From an uncultured archaeon (GTDB lineage Archaea > Micrarchaeota > Micrarchaeia > Micrarchaeales > CABMGC01): 64,000 bases of DNA. The stretch is taken from NCBI GenBank assembly GCA_963787445.1, contig CAWBCT010000005.1, forward strand, positions 512,001-576,000, written 5' to 3'. Positions 46,774-56,071 of this stretch are shown here, piece after piece. Position numbers and translations under genes: made by a program. The first letter of the stretch is position 1. Each line of letters starts with the position of its first letter. The notes beneath the pieces are model-generated. The model was given only the letters and a program-made list of their open reading frames with translations. It had not been told where the DNA came from and did not search any database.

Positions 46774-48201
46774 ATGACAATGCAAAAGAGCTTCCTCATT
46801 GTGCTGGCTGCGCTCCTCGTGGTGAGCGTCTCGGCCCAGACCTACCCGATCGCAACAAACATCTCCTACTTCACGCAGTGGCTTCCCGTGGTCGTCCTGG
46901 CGGTCATGCTCAGCATAGGGATAGTCGTAGGATACTACCTGCTCGGGATGCTGCTGAACAACAGCCAGATGCGTTCCGGGGCCATCAACGAGTTCAGCAA
47001 TGTGATATTCACAATTGTGATTGTGGTCATAATCCTGGCTATATTCAACTTCATTGGCAACGCCGCCTACGCCACCGCGGTCATCCCCAGGTCTGTTCCC
47101 CAGTCCATCTGCAATACGCTCCAGAACGCGAACCTCAACTTCATAAGCACGAGCACCCAGTACAACTCGCCGGCCGAGCAGATCTGCGCCTCCCTGATAA
47201 ACAACAATGCCGGGGCAGGCCTCACCCCAAACATAGACTACCCTCTCGCATCCACCTACCTGATCATTGCCAACCTCACCAACCAGAGCGTCACCAACCT
47301 GAATGCGGTGTATGTCTTTGGCAGTTACATAAACTTTCTGGGGAGCTTCGTTGCGACGGACAGCATCTGCGTGCCCAATGAGACCTGCCTTTTGGGAACC
47401 TTTGGATCAGAGGCTGTGGGCTTTACGGCGATTGTCAGCTTTTCCCCATTTGCAGGAGAGACAAGCGTCGCCTACACCATGCGCGCGTTCACTACCCAGT
47501 CCACGCTCATCTTCACCTCCTTCATGCTGCAGCTGATCGGCATAATCGTGATGCTTTTCATGTGGCCGTACCTGCTTGCTGCTGGGATCATACTGCGCTC
47601 CACCTTCCTGACGCGCAGGCTGGGCGGCCTCCTCATCGCCATCTGCATAGGCGGCCTGCTGGTTTTCCCGCTGGTCTTCCTTGCCCAGTACGCCGGGCTG
47701 ACAAACGCCAACCTGGTGCCCATAGGCTCAAACACCTTCAACTCCATGAACTCAAACGCGATACCCATCCTGGCCATCAACGGCTTGGACAACAACGGCA
47801 ATCTCGTAGTCTACAACTCCAACTCGATCAACTTCTACGTCTTCCCCCGCGCAGATTACGCCATCCACGCCGCCGGATGCTGGCCCCATGTCGACCTGCT
47901 CACCCAGGAGCTTGCAATCGTCACCACCTACATAGCTCCGGGCTACGGCCTAGCCGTTGGGCTGTCGAATTTGGCCGGCAGCCTTGGGAGCTTTACCACA
48001 ACTGCCCTGCTGCCCACCAGCTGCAACACTGCAGCCTCGATAAACTCGCTTTACGCCCTTGCAAACATCTACGGCATCATGTCCATAATAGGAATATTCT
48101 TCCCCCTGATGGACCTGCTGATCGGGATCTCCGCAATCATCGGGATCTCGGACCTGATCGGAGGCTCCACCTCGCTGATCGGCTTGGAAAGGTTGTTATG
48201 A
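46774..48201 (+). CDS. CedA/VirB6-like membrane protein, paralogue 3
   Basis: MRSGAINEFSN and GIILRSTFLTRRLGGLLIAI..VFP. Confidence 0.55.
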   Translation: MTMQKSFLIVLAALLVVSVSAQTYPIATNISYFTQWLPVVVLAVMLSIGIVVGYYLLGMLLNNSQMRSGAINEFSNVIFTIVIVVIILAIFNFIGNAAYATAVIPRSVPQSICNTLQNANLNFISTSTQYNSPAEQICASLINNNAGAGLTPNIDYPLASTYLIIANLTNQSVTNLNAVYVFGSYINFLGSFVATDSICVPNETCLLGTFGSEAVGFTAIVSFSPFAGETSVAYTMRAFTTQSTLIFTSFMLQLIGIIVMLFMWPYLLAAGIILRSTFLTRRLGGLLIAICIGGLLVFPLVFLAQYAGLTNANLVPIGSNTFNSMNSNAIPILAINGLDNNGNLVVYNSNSINFYVFPRADYAIHAAGCWPHVDLLTQELAIVTTYIAPGYGLAVGLSNLAGSLGSFTTTALLPTSCNTAASINSLYALANIYGIMSIIGIFFPLMDLLIGISAIIGISDLIGGSTSLIGLERLL

Positions 48202-48202
48202 T

Positions 48203-49459
48203 ATGAAAAAACAATTGGTCGCCTTTGTCTTTCTGTTCCTTCTTCTGGGTAGCATCTATGCCCAGAACATCCCAGTTACCACCTCCGCGCCCTCCGGCAC
48301 CACCTCTTCCAGCACATCTCAACCTTATTGCACAGACCTCTTTACAAACTCGAACAGCCTCGTCAGCAATGCCCTGTACAACCCGTCCACCTACGGCAAC
48401 CTAAACATCCCGGGCAGCCTCATGGCGATCTCGTTCCTTATAATCATGGCGGTGCTCCTCACGATCTCCCTGGTATACGGGATAGGGATAGGCTTCGGCA
48501 TAGACTCCTTCGTGAGGTTCGCACGAAGCGAGTACCTCGAATCGTTCTTCAATATCATCATCCTGCTGCTCATAATAGGCGGCATAGTGTTCGCCAACTG
48601 GCTGCCCACCTTCTTTAACGACATCACGTCCGTGAGTCTGCCTGCCGCGGCAGCCCTGCCTACGACAACTGCGGGCAGCACCAACTCCGTATCGGCGGGC
48701 GTGTACACCGCGATATGCAACAACATCATCTCGAACCAGGTAATTCCCTCGCTTGGCGTATTTGTCTTGTCCACAACAATCGAAAATACGTACAAGGCCG
48801 TAGCCAGCCTATCCATCGTGATTATTCCTCCGACATTTCTGCCGTCATTCTCAATCAAACCTTTCTCAGGCCTCTCCGCAAACCTGGCCTTTGTCTCTGA
48901 GCAGGTGGGCGTAATCTTCGTCGTGCTGGGCATTGACGCATCCGTGATCTTCCTGCTGTTCATAATCTACTTCCTGTTTCCAATCTACCTTTATCTCGGA
49001 ATAGTCCTCCGCTCCTTCCCGTGGACTAGGGCGGCGGGCGGCACCTTCATCGCCATCTTCATCGCATTTTACATAGTCTTCCCGGCGATACTGTACCCAT
49101 TCACAACGGCCACCAGAAGCACAAGCACCGGCTCCGGCCTATGCCAAACCGGCGCCAGCAGCGGCACAAACTACTGCCTGACTCCTGTCACCAGCCTCTC
49201 CTCCTTCATCACCACCGCCTTCTCCGTGCTCAATAACCAGGGAGGCGGCACGGTCTCGGGAGGGGCTTCAACACTGATCCAAAGCTTTGGTCTCACCGGC
49301 ACAATCGCCATATACACTGCGGCGATTGCATTCTTTGTCGAGACGCTGGCGGGGATATTCATCGCCTACCTTGTCTCCTACGAACTGCTTGAGATGCTCG
49401 GCGACGTGCTGGGAGCGCCGTCTCTAAATGCCAACAGTCTCATAAGGGGGATAATATGA
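48203..49459 (+). CDS. CedA/VirB6-like membrane protein, paralogue 4
   Basis: VRFARSEYLES and GIVLRSFPWTRAAGGTFIAI..VFP. Confidence 0.55.
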   Translation: MKKQLVAFVFLFLLLGSIYAQNIPVTTSAPSGTTSSSTSQPYCTDLFTNSNSLVSNALYNPSTYGNLNIPGSLMAISFLIIMAVLLTISLVYGIGIGFGIDSFVRFARSEYLESFFNIIILLLIIGGIVFANWLPTFFNDITSVSLPAAAALPTTTAGSTNSVSAGVYTAICNNIISNQVIPSLGVFVLSTTIENTYKAVASLSIVIIPPTFLPSFSIKPFSGLSANLAFVSEQVGVIFVVLGIDASVIFLLFIIYFLFPIYLYLGIVLRSFPWTRAAGGTFIAIFIAFYIVFPAILYPFTTATRSTSTGSGLCQTGASSGTNYCLTPVTSLSSFITTAFSVLNNQGGGTVSGGASTLIQSFGLTGTIAIYTAAIAFFVETLAGIFIAYLVSYELLEMLGDVLGAPSLNANSLIRGII

Positions 49460-50550
49460 TCTTCTTCGCAAGCATAATACCGGCGCTCGTCTTCCTCCAG
49501 ACCAGCTGCGTGAGCAGCATCAGCAGCTTCCTCACCGCGCCCTACACGAGCTGGTTTCCGATCGCAGCGCTTGCGGTGCTCGCCTTCACCGGCATCGTCC
49601 TGGTAATCTACATGCTCGGCCCGCTTCTCGGAGACAGCGGAAACATAAGGGCCTGGTCGCGCATGAAGTTCTACGAGCTCATCACCTCACTCATCCTGAT
49701 AATCATCTTCGCAGCCATGGCCACCAGCATCTGCACCGTAGACCCCACGAGCGCGCTCGGCAGCGTAGGATTAATCTCCTCATCGTGCTCATCGGGCACG
49801 GGCAACAACATATACTCGATCTCGCTTTGCGACCTCTACACCTTCAACACCTACGTGCTGAACTTCAATGAGCTCCTGTACCTTGTGCAGGTGCGGTTCA
49901 GCACCTCGCTCTCATACACCTACACCTTTAAGTTCAATGTCGGCGGAAACCTCAACCAGAAAAGCAGCGTCAGCTTAGGTCCGATCGGCTTCGGCCCGTC
50001 GGTCGGCCTCGCAGTCGGCGGAGGCGGCGGCCTGGGAGACTTCGGGCTGTACGCGGTGCCCATAATATACACATTCATCCTGCTGAACCAGCTCCAGCTT
50101 CTCCTGCTCGCGGTAGCGCCGCTGATCTTCGCCGTCTTCATGGCGATAGGTCTCATCTCGCGCGCCTTCGGCTTCGCCCGCTCCTTCGGAGGCGCGATGA
50201 TCGCCTTCGGGCTCGGGATAGGCCTGATCTATCCCCTTCTGATAGCCGTGAACTACGGCTTCCTGGATTACGCGCTGGAGCACGTCTCCGCCCTCGGGAC
50301 CGCGGCGCTCGCCCCGATCATAGCCTATCCGGTTGCCACCTACGTGGCGATGGCCGTACAGTACTTCACCGGCGCATCGCTCCTTTCATTCATCCCGGAG
50401 TACCTCTTCGCCTACATCGGCCTGATATTCATCGGCATAGTCTTTATGGATGTTTTTAACCTTGTGATACTTGACACGTTTGTAACGGAGTTCTCCCAGG
50501 CGATTGGGGACCGCATCAGCTTCCTCTCGCTGCTCGAGAACGTGCTATGA
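49456..50550 (+). CDS. CedA/VirB6-like membrane protein, paralogue 5
   Basis: IRAWSRMKFYEL and GLISRAFGFARSFGGAMIAFG..IYP. Confidence 0.55.
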   Translation: MIFFASIIPALVFLQTSCVSSISSFLTAPYTSWFPIAALAVLAFTGIVLVIYMLGPLLGDSGNIRAWSRMKFYELITSLILIIIFAAMATSICTVDPTSALGSVGLISSSCSSGTGNNIYSISLCDLYTFNTYVLNFNELLYLVQVRFSTSLSYTYTFKFNVGGNLNQKSSVSLGPIGFGPSVGLAVGGGGGLGDFGLYAVPIIYTFILLNQLQLLLLAVAPLIFAVFMAIGLISRAFGFARSFGGAMIAFGLGIGLIYPLLIAVNYGFLDYALEHVSALGTAALAPIIAYPVATYVAMAVQYFTGASLLSFIPEYLFAYIGLIFIGIVFMDVFNLVILDTFVTEFSQAIGDRISFLSLLENVL

Positions 50551-50559
50551 GTTGAACCT

Positions 50560-51639
50560 ATGAAACTGCTTGCTGTTTTGATCGCGCTCGCCTCGCTCGG
50601 GCTGTTCACGGTAGGCGCCCAGAGCAGCAGCATCTGCAGCTCTACGAGCAGCAGCGTAATCTACCAGTACGCCCCCTGGTACTGCAGCCAGGCGAACCAG
50701 GCGATCGCGAACTACTGGGTCCAGTACGAGCCCATCGCCTTCCTGGCCATCCTCCTCTCGTTCTCGGTCGCGGTGCTGCTCTTTGCGATCAGCGCCTTCC
50801 TGCGGAGTGAGAGGCTGAGGAACTTCGCTGTTGGTGAATTTTACGAAGCCGCCGCGACCACCCTGATAGTCGTCGCCTTCCTCTTCGTCACTGCCGTCAT
50901 CGTTGGCCTCCTGCCCTCCCTCATACTCGCCAATACGAACCCATACGTCAGCTCGCTCAACTACATAAGCGGAACCATAACCTCCACCCAGGGTCTCATC
51001 ACCCAGATGCTCCAGATCACCATAGCCGACAAGTACTACGCGAGCCTCAACCTTCAACTGTGCTCCCCCATAGTGTCGGACACCACCTGCATCAGCAACC
51101 TCCTGGGCTACCTCACTCCCGCAATAACCGTATGGTTCGTGGTGCCGGCGCAGACCATAAGCGCCCTGATGTTTGACGGTGTGATGCTCCTCTACGGCGA
51201 GTTCTACCTTATAATGATCATGATGTACGCCGCAATCCCGGTCTTCCTCATACCAGGGATAATCTTCCGCGCGATACTACCGCTCCGCAACCTCGGAGGG
51301 ATGATGATCGCCATAGCGATCGGTGGCTTCGTGATCATGCCCACCCTCTTCTCCGTGGCCTTCTACTTCACCAACACCGCCCTGCAGGGCCAGATCGCAT
51401 CCACCACGGCGTCGCTCGCCAGGTACGGAACCGGGAGCGGTGCCCAGCTGAATGCAATCTCGCAGCAGTCGCCGCTGGTGCAGACGCTCGGGCAGATAAA
51501 CACCAGCCTCAGCGCGTTCTGGATGTCCGTCCTTTTCTATCCTTCGCTGATCTTCGCGCTGACCTACATTTTCATAACCGAAACCGCCAAGTTTATAGGG
51601 GGTGCCACGAAGTTCTCCGGAAGGCTCAGGATTGTTTGA
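50560..51639 (+). CDS. CedA/VirB6-like membrane protein, paralogue 6
   Basis: LRNFAVGEFYEA and GIIFRAILPLRNLGGMMIAI..IMP. Confidence 0.55.
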   Translation: MKLLAVLIALASLGLFTVGAQSSSICSSTSSSVIYQYAPWYCSQANQAIANYWVQYEPIAFLAILLSFSVAVLLFAISAFLRSERLRNFAVGEFYEAAATTLIVVAFLFVTAVIVGLLPSLILANTNPYVSSLNYISGTITSTQGLITQMLQITIADKYYASLNLQLCSPIVSDTTCISNLLGYLTPAITVWFVVPAQTISALMFDGVMLLYGEFYLIMIMMYAAIPVFLIPGIIFRAILPLRNLGGMMIAIAIGGFVIMPTLFSVAFYFTNTALQGQIASTTASLARYGTGSGAQLNAISQQSPLVQTLGQINTSLSAFWMSVLFYPSLIFALTYIFITETAKFIGGATKFSGRLRIV

Positions 51640-51708
51640 GCCACTCGCCATAGCTAAAAAGATTAGTGTTGTATCCATATAGGTGCTCCTCTGGCTCTTA
51701 AAACGCAG

Positions 51709-52524
51709 ATGCTGTTGTTTCTCATACTCGCCAGCGCCTCGCTGGTCTGCGCCATAGTTCCATTCGTAATAAGCAACTTCGCCATCGACTTCTTTCTCGC
51801 GCTGCTCGCATTGCTGCTTGCGATAATCGCCTTCTCCACCAAATACTACACCTACCTTTACATCCCCGCGACCAGGATGAAGAACCGGAACATCGTCGTA
51901 AGTTCGGCAGAGCCCTACTTCGTCTCGCCTTCGGGAACCTCCATAGTGATAAGGGATGAGAACGGCACCTACGCCACCTCGTTTGTAAACATCCCGATGT
52001 ACCGCTCCGGCACCGAGATGACCGCCGCCGAGAAGCTGGACATCGCAAGGATGTTCAGCCGGATGCTTACGGTGACCAAGAGCACTGTCAAGTTCTCCTC
52101 CGAGCTCTACATGGTCAGCAAGGACGAGTACATAGCCCAGATTAGAAAGAGGCTCGAGCAGGCGGAGGAGCGCCTGCACAATCTCACTCCCTCCGACCCC
52201 AAGCAGCGCTCGCCGCAGGCCGATCGGGTGAAGGGAGAGACCCAGATGTGGCACAACCTGCTGAACAGCATAAGCGGCTCAAAATCCGAGTCGCTGATGT
52301 CCTACGCGATGGTGAGCGCCTTCGGCGGGAACGAGGAGGAGGCCTCCAACATAGCCTACCAGCGCGCCGAGGAGCTCGCCGCCGGAATAAGCTCCGTGTT
52401 CGGGATCTCAGCCTATGTGATCAAGGGTGATGAGATGCTCAAGCTGATCGAGCCGGAGTACATGATCCCTGTCGAGACCGTGAACGAGATGATCAGGCAG
52501 AAGAGCATAGAGGAAGGAATATAG
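51709..52524 (+). CDS. Two-TM coiled-coil protein, VirB4/TraC N-terminal-domain-like (A)
   Basis: Two TM helices, NGTYATSF, KFS, coiled coil, MVSAFGGNEEEA; possible CTG start at 51691. Confidence 0.5.
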   Translation: MLLFLILASASLVCAIVPFVISNFAIDFFLALLALLLAIIAFSTKYYTYLYIPATRMKNRNIVVSSAEPYFVSPSGTSIVIRDENGTYATSFVNIPMYRSGTEMTAAEKLDIARMFSRMLTVTKSTVKFSSELYMVSKDEYIAQIRKRLEQAEERLHNLTPSDPKQRSPQADRVKGETQMWHNLLNSISGSKSESLMSYAMVSAFGGNEEEASNIAYQRAEELAAGISSVFGISAYVIKGDEMLKLIEPEYMIPVETVNEMIRQKSIEEGI

Positions 52525-52531
52525 TGATTCC

Positions 52532-53356
52532 ATGGATGAACAAACCGTAATGTATCTTGCATTCTCTGCAATCTCGATACTGATAATCCTGCTGGGTCTC
52601 GCGAACTACGGCCCCCTTGGCTCTGTTGTGGCTCTGCTCGCCGTAATAGCACTCGTATTTATCCTGCTGCTCAACTACGCCGACTTCCTGATCTTTCCCG
52701 CGGTGACGCGCATTCTTGGGGTAACCATAACCCTTTCAAAGGGCAACACGGCGCCCAAGGAGCAGAATAGGGTGGTGAAGTACGCGAACGGGCTGTACTA
52801 CGCCACCGGCTACCTCACGGCGAACATCTACAACTACGTATTCCGCCAGGAGTCCATACTCCAGCAGGACGACCAGATGATGGCCTCTGCGCCTGACAAA
52901 TGGGAGCGGATAGTCATGAACGTCGACTTCCCCTTCAAGTTCAGCATGATCTCCAATCCGCAGGACATACAGAAGTACAGGGAGGACCTGGAGGGCGACC
53001 GGGGCTACTACGAGTTCCAGCTCTCGAAGCTGGCGGGCTCCAGCGCGCCGAGCCAGATGCAGATGGACAGCCTGCAGCGCCAGATAAACATAGTGCAGGC
53101 GCGAATCGACCGCATCTCCGGCGGCGAGCTGCCGATAAACGCGCTTATGTACATCGAGACCACGGCTGTGGGAGTGAGCGACAAGGCCGCCGCAGACGCG
53201 CTGACCAACCAGCTCAACAAGCTCCAGACCGTGTTCAACGCCTTTGACCTGAACATAATCCGCATCGTCGGAAGGGAGGTGCACACGCTGCACAAGCTGA
53301 ACTACTTCCTCTTCGACCCGACGGACATGCAGAAGCTGTTCAACATGCAGAAGTAA
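52532..53356 (+). CDS. Two-TM coiled-coil protein, VirB4/TraC N-terminal-domain-like (B)
   Basis: Two TM helices, NGLYYATGY, KFS, coiled coil, ETTAVGVSDKAA; paralogous to the previous gene. Confidence 0.5.
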   Translation: MDEQTVMYLAFSAISILIILLGLANYGPLGSVVALLAVIALVFILLLNYADFLIFPAVTRILGVTITLSKGNTAPKEQNRVVKYANGLYYATGYLTANIYNYVFRQESILQQDDQMMASAPDKWERIVMNVDFPFKFSMISNPQDIQKYREDLEGDRGYYEFQLSKLAGSSAPSQMQMDSLQRQINIVQARIDRISGGELPINALMYIETTAVGVSDKAAADALTNQLNKLQTVFNAFDLNIIRIVGREVHTLHKLNYFLFDPTDMQKLFNMQK

Positions 53357-53397
53357 CCCGCTTGAAGATTTTTAAGCTTATACGTCATTGTATAATC

Positions 53398-54900
53398 ATG
53401 ACGCTAGTGCGCATCCAAACTCTGATGAGCAACGAGGCCGCTAAGCGCCTCTTCCTCACAAGGCCCCCGGAGCCTCCGTTCGAGTTTCTGCTTAACGACC
53501 CGACCAACTCGATCTTCATAGGCGTGACCAAGCTGTTCAAGGTGCCGTTCACCTGGTCCTCATCGCAGCTCACGAACCCGCATATCTCGGTGGTGGGAAT
53601 AACCGGATCGGGAAAGAGCTTCTTCGTAAAGACCTTCCTGACCAGGGCGAGCTACGTCTGGAACACCAACGCGATAATAATCGACTGGGCGGGAGAGTAT
53701 CTCTCCTGGGTAAAGCAGAGCGGCGGTGTGGTCGTCTCCTTCTCCCGCGGGGACTACATGAATATAATGGACCTGTCGGGCATGAAGCCGATTGACCGCG
53801 CAAAGCAGATCATGAACTCGCTGGACATACTCACGGACATCGCCGACTTTCCTGAACAGCGAAGACTCACTGCCGAGGCGATAGAGCAGGCCTACGTGAA
53901 CACCGGCTTTGCCCTGGCTGCGGTGCCTGCGCCCAACCGCGAGGCCCCAACGCTGAAGGAAGTAACGCACCTGCTTGAGGAGAAACTGCAGGAAGGCACC
54001 TACGCCTATCCCGCCGAGCTCGAAAATACGATCTACCGCCTAAGGCAGTTCTCAAGGGAGGGGGAGGACTACTTTGCCAACAAGAGCACCATCGACATAG
54101 GCAAGCTCTCAACGTCGGGCCTTGTGGACCTTGACCTTTCCGGCCTGCCCGACGAGCGTTTCCGCGCCATGGCAGCCCTGTTCATACTCCAGACACTCAA
54201 GGAGAAGATGAGGATGGAGGGCTGGAGCGCCACGGCTGGCATCAAGACCTTCGTCGTCCTTGACGAGGCCTGGAAGGTCGCGAGCGACGAGCGCAGCGAC
54301 GCGGTCACGATAATCAGGGAGGGCCGCAAGTACCAGTTCGGCCTCATTGTCGCCTCTCAGAACCCGACAGACGTAAACGAGGCGATCTTCTCCAACGTCG
54401 GCACGACCTTCATGCTCCGCATCCGCTTCGAGAAGTTCATGAATTATCTCCAGGGCTCGCTAAACTTCTCGGACTTCATACGCGGAGAGATAGGCAAGTT
54501 CGGAGTGGGCCAGGCGGCTGTCGACATGGCATTCAACACCAGCGTCAGGTTTCCAAACGTCTTCATACTGGAGCGGGTTGTGGGCGAGCTGCCGCTCGAT
54601 ACCTACATAATCTTCCTCACCGAGGTCCTTGACCAGAAGGAGCTTCAGGACCCCGCCGTTGTCAAGGAGTACTCGTTCGACAAGATAAACCTGAGCTCAA
54701 AGATGATCGAGAGCGGGATCGGCTCCGAGATAATAACAAAGTCGCTCGAAGCCATAACGACCGGCGGAAAGACCATAGACGTGAAGAACTTCGTAAAGTT
54801 GCTGACCGGGCTGGGCGTGAGCAACGAAACGATCGTAAACCTGCTGCGCAGCATAGGGCTGCTGGACCCGCTGATAACCCGCATCCTGGGCCAAATGTGA
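53398..54900 (+). CDS. HerA/VirB4/CedB-family pumping ATPase (DUF87)
   Basis: NPHISVVGITGSGKS Walker A, IIDWAGEY, FVVLDEAW Walker B, REGRKY, ASQNPTD. Confidence 0.88.
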   Translation: MTLVRIQTLMSNEAAKRLFLTRPPEPPFEFLLNDPTNSIFIGVTKLFKVPFTWSSSQLTNPHISVVGITGSGKSFFVKTFLTRASYVWNTNAIIIDWAGEYLSWVKQSGGVVVSFSRGDYMNIMDLSGMKPIDRAKQIMNSLDILTDIADFPEQRRLTAEAIEQAYVNTGFALAAVPAPNREAPTLKEVTHLLEEKLQEGTYAYPAELENTIYRLRQFSREGEDYFANKSTIDIGKLSTSGLVDLDLSGLPDERFRAMAALFILQTLKEKMRMEGWSATAGIKTFVVLDEAWKVASDERSDAVTIIREGRKYQFGLIVASQNPTDVNEAIFSNVGTTFMLRIRFEKFMNYLQGSLNFSDFIRGEIGKFGVGQAAVDMAFNTSVRFPNVFILERVVGELPLDTYIIFLTEVLDQKELQDPAVVKEYSFDKINLSSKMIESGIGSEIITKSLEAITTGGKTIDVKNFVKLLTGLGVSNETIVNLLRSIGLLDPLITRILGQM

Positions 54901-54904
54901 TGAG

Positions 54905-55210
54905 ATGGCGCAATCAACCAACAACGTATCCGTCAAGAAGCTGGACCTCAAGAAGATGGTCACCTCGCTCGGGATAAGCGACGCGAGCACCGAGTCCCTG
55001 CTTGCCCGCCTGGACAAGATGCACAAGCACGTGGACGCGGTGAGCTTTGTCGGAATGCTGGAGAAGCTCGGCATAAAGCAGAAGGACATCGCAAACATAC
55101 TCAGGCGGATAGGCCTGAACGACACCTCCATAGTCGAGATATTCAACATGCTGGACGAGGAGAAGATTGAGGAGACCTTTGGCAAGATAATGCACCTGAG
55201 GGTGGAATGA
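54905..55210 (+). CDS. Small helical protein homologous to the ATPase C-terminal tail
   Basis: VDAVSFVGMLEKLGIKQKDIANILRRIGLND versus ATPase IDVKNFVKLLTGLGVSNETIVNLLRSIGLLD. Confidence 0.7.
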   Translation: MAQSTNNVSVKKLDLKKMVTSLGISDASTESLLARLDKMHKHVDAVSFVGMLEKLGIKQKDIANILRRIGLNDTSIVEIFNMLDEEKIEETFGKIMHLRVE

Positions 55211-55569
55211 TGAAACAAAAAAACGTTTGCGTAGTTTGCGGCAAGGAGAAGAACGGGCTGGAGGTAAAGACGGACAACGTGATAAGGACGATACGCTACA
55301 TCAAGCTCAAGCTGTTCCGCAAGGTCAGCAACAACCGCCTGGTGGTGTGCAAGGAGTGCTACGAGAATTACAAGAAGTACAGGAAGAAGTATATCGGAAG
55401 GCAGAGATTGTACGTGGCACTGGGCGTGCTCTTCCTGATCTTCGGTATGCTGCTGAACCCCTCCTTCGTTGCGCTGTTTGTGGGAATTTTCATAACCGTC
55501 GTCATGTACCTGCTGTCCCTGCTAAGCTACCTCCCGGAGATTGACCTGGGCAAGGCGCAGAAGAAGTAA
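55207..55569 (+). CDS. Zinc-finger (CxxC...CxxC) two-TM membrane protein
   Basis: CVVCGKE...VVCKEC followed by two TM helices; overlaps the previous stop. Confidence 0.7.
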   Translation: MMKQKNVCVVCGKEKNGLEVKTDNVIRTIRYIKLKLFRKVSNNRLVVCKECYENYKKYRKKYIGRQRLYVALGVLFLIFGMLLNPSFVALFVGIFITVVMYLLSLLSYLPEIDLGKAQKK

Positions 55570-55577
55570 GTGATGCA

Positions 55578-56060
55578 GTGGTATTTGCAAAAAAGGTCCA
55601 CCACAATGATAACGAGTTGTTGACGAAGATAGAGAACATATTTATTGAAAACAAAAGCAAGAGGGTAGCTGTTGTAGGGACGACCTGCACCGGAAAGTCA
55701 ACCCTAATCCGACAATTAAGAGAGAGGGGAATAATCGTCCATGACATGGACGACCTTGTTTTTCCAAAACTCACGAAGCAGGAAGCAAACGAGGTCAATG
55801 CAACTCCCTGGACGGAAGAGATAGGCAAGTTGATGGACAAGCTCGCGAAGAAGTATGTAAAGGTTGTGGCCGGAGAGCCGGTGTTCGGTACAATCGTATT
55901 CGACTCCGATCTTATAGTACACCTGAAAATAGGTGATCAGAAACTCAAAGAGAGGGTCGCATCAAGAAATGTTAGTTTTGAGAATGCGAAGAACATGCAA
56001 AAGCAGATAGAGGAGCAGATTAAGAAATCAAAGATAGACACTATTGAAATTATTGTCTAG
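55578..56060 (+). CDS. P-loop nucleotide-kinase-like protein
   Basis: VAVVGTTCTGKST, HDMDD, LKERVASR. Confidence 0.7.
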   Translation: MVFAKKVHHNDNELLTKIENIFIENKSKRVAVVGTTCTGKSTLIRQLRERGIIVHDMDDLVFPKLTKQEANEVNATPWTEEIGKLMDKLAKKYVKVVAGEPVFGTIVFDSDLIVHLKIGDQKLKERVASRNVSFENAKNMQKQIEEQIKKSKIDTIEIIV

Positions 56061-56071
56061 CGCTAACACAT

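Noticed and set aside
53398-54900. DNA-repair HerA of the herA-nurA-mre11-rad50 operon
   Set aside because: No N-terminal HAS barrel evident and no nurA/mre11/rad50; all neighbours are membrane proteins
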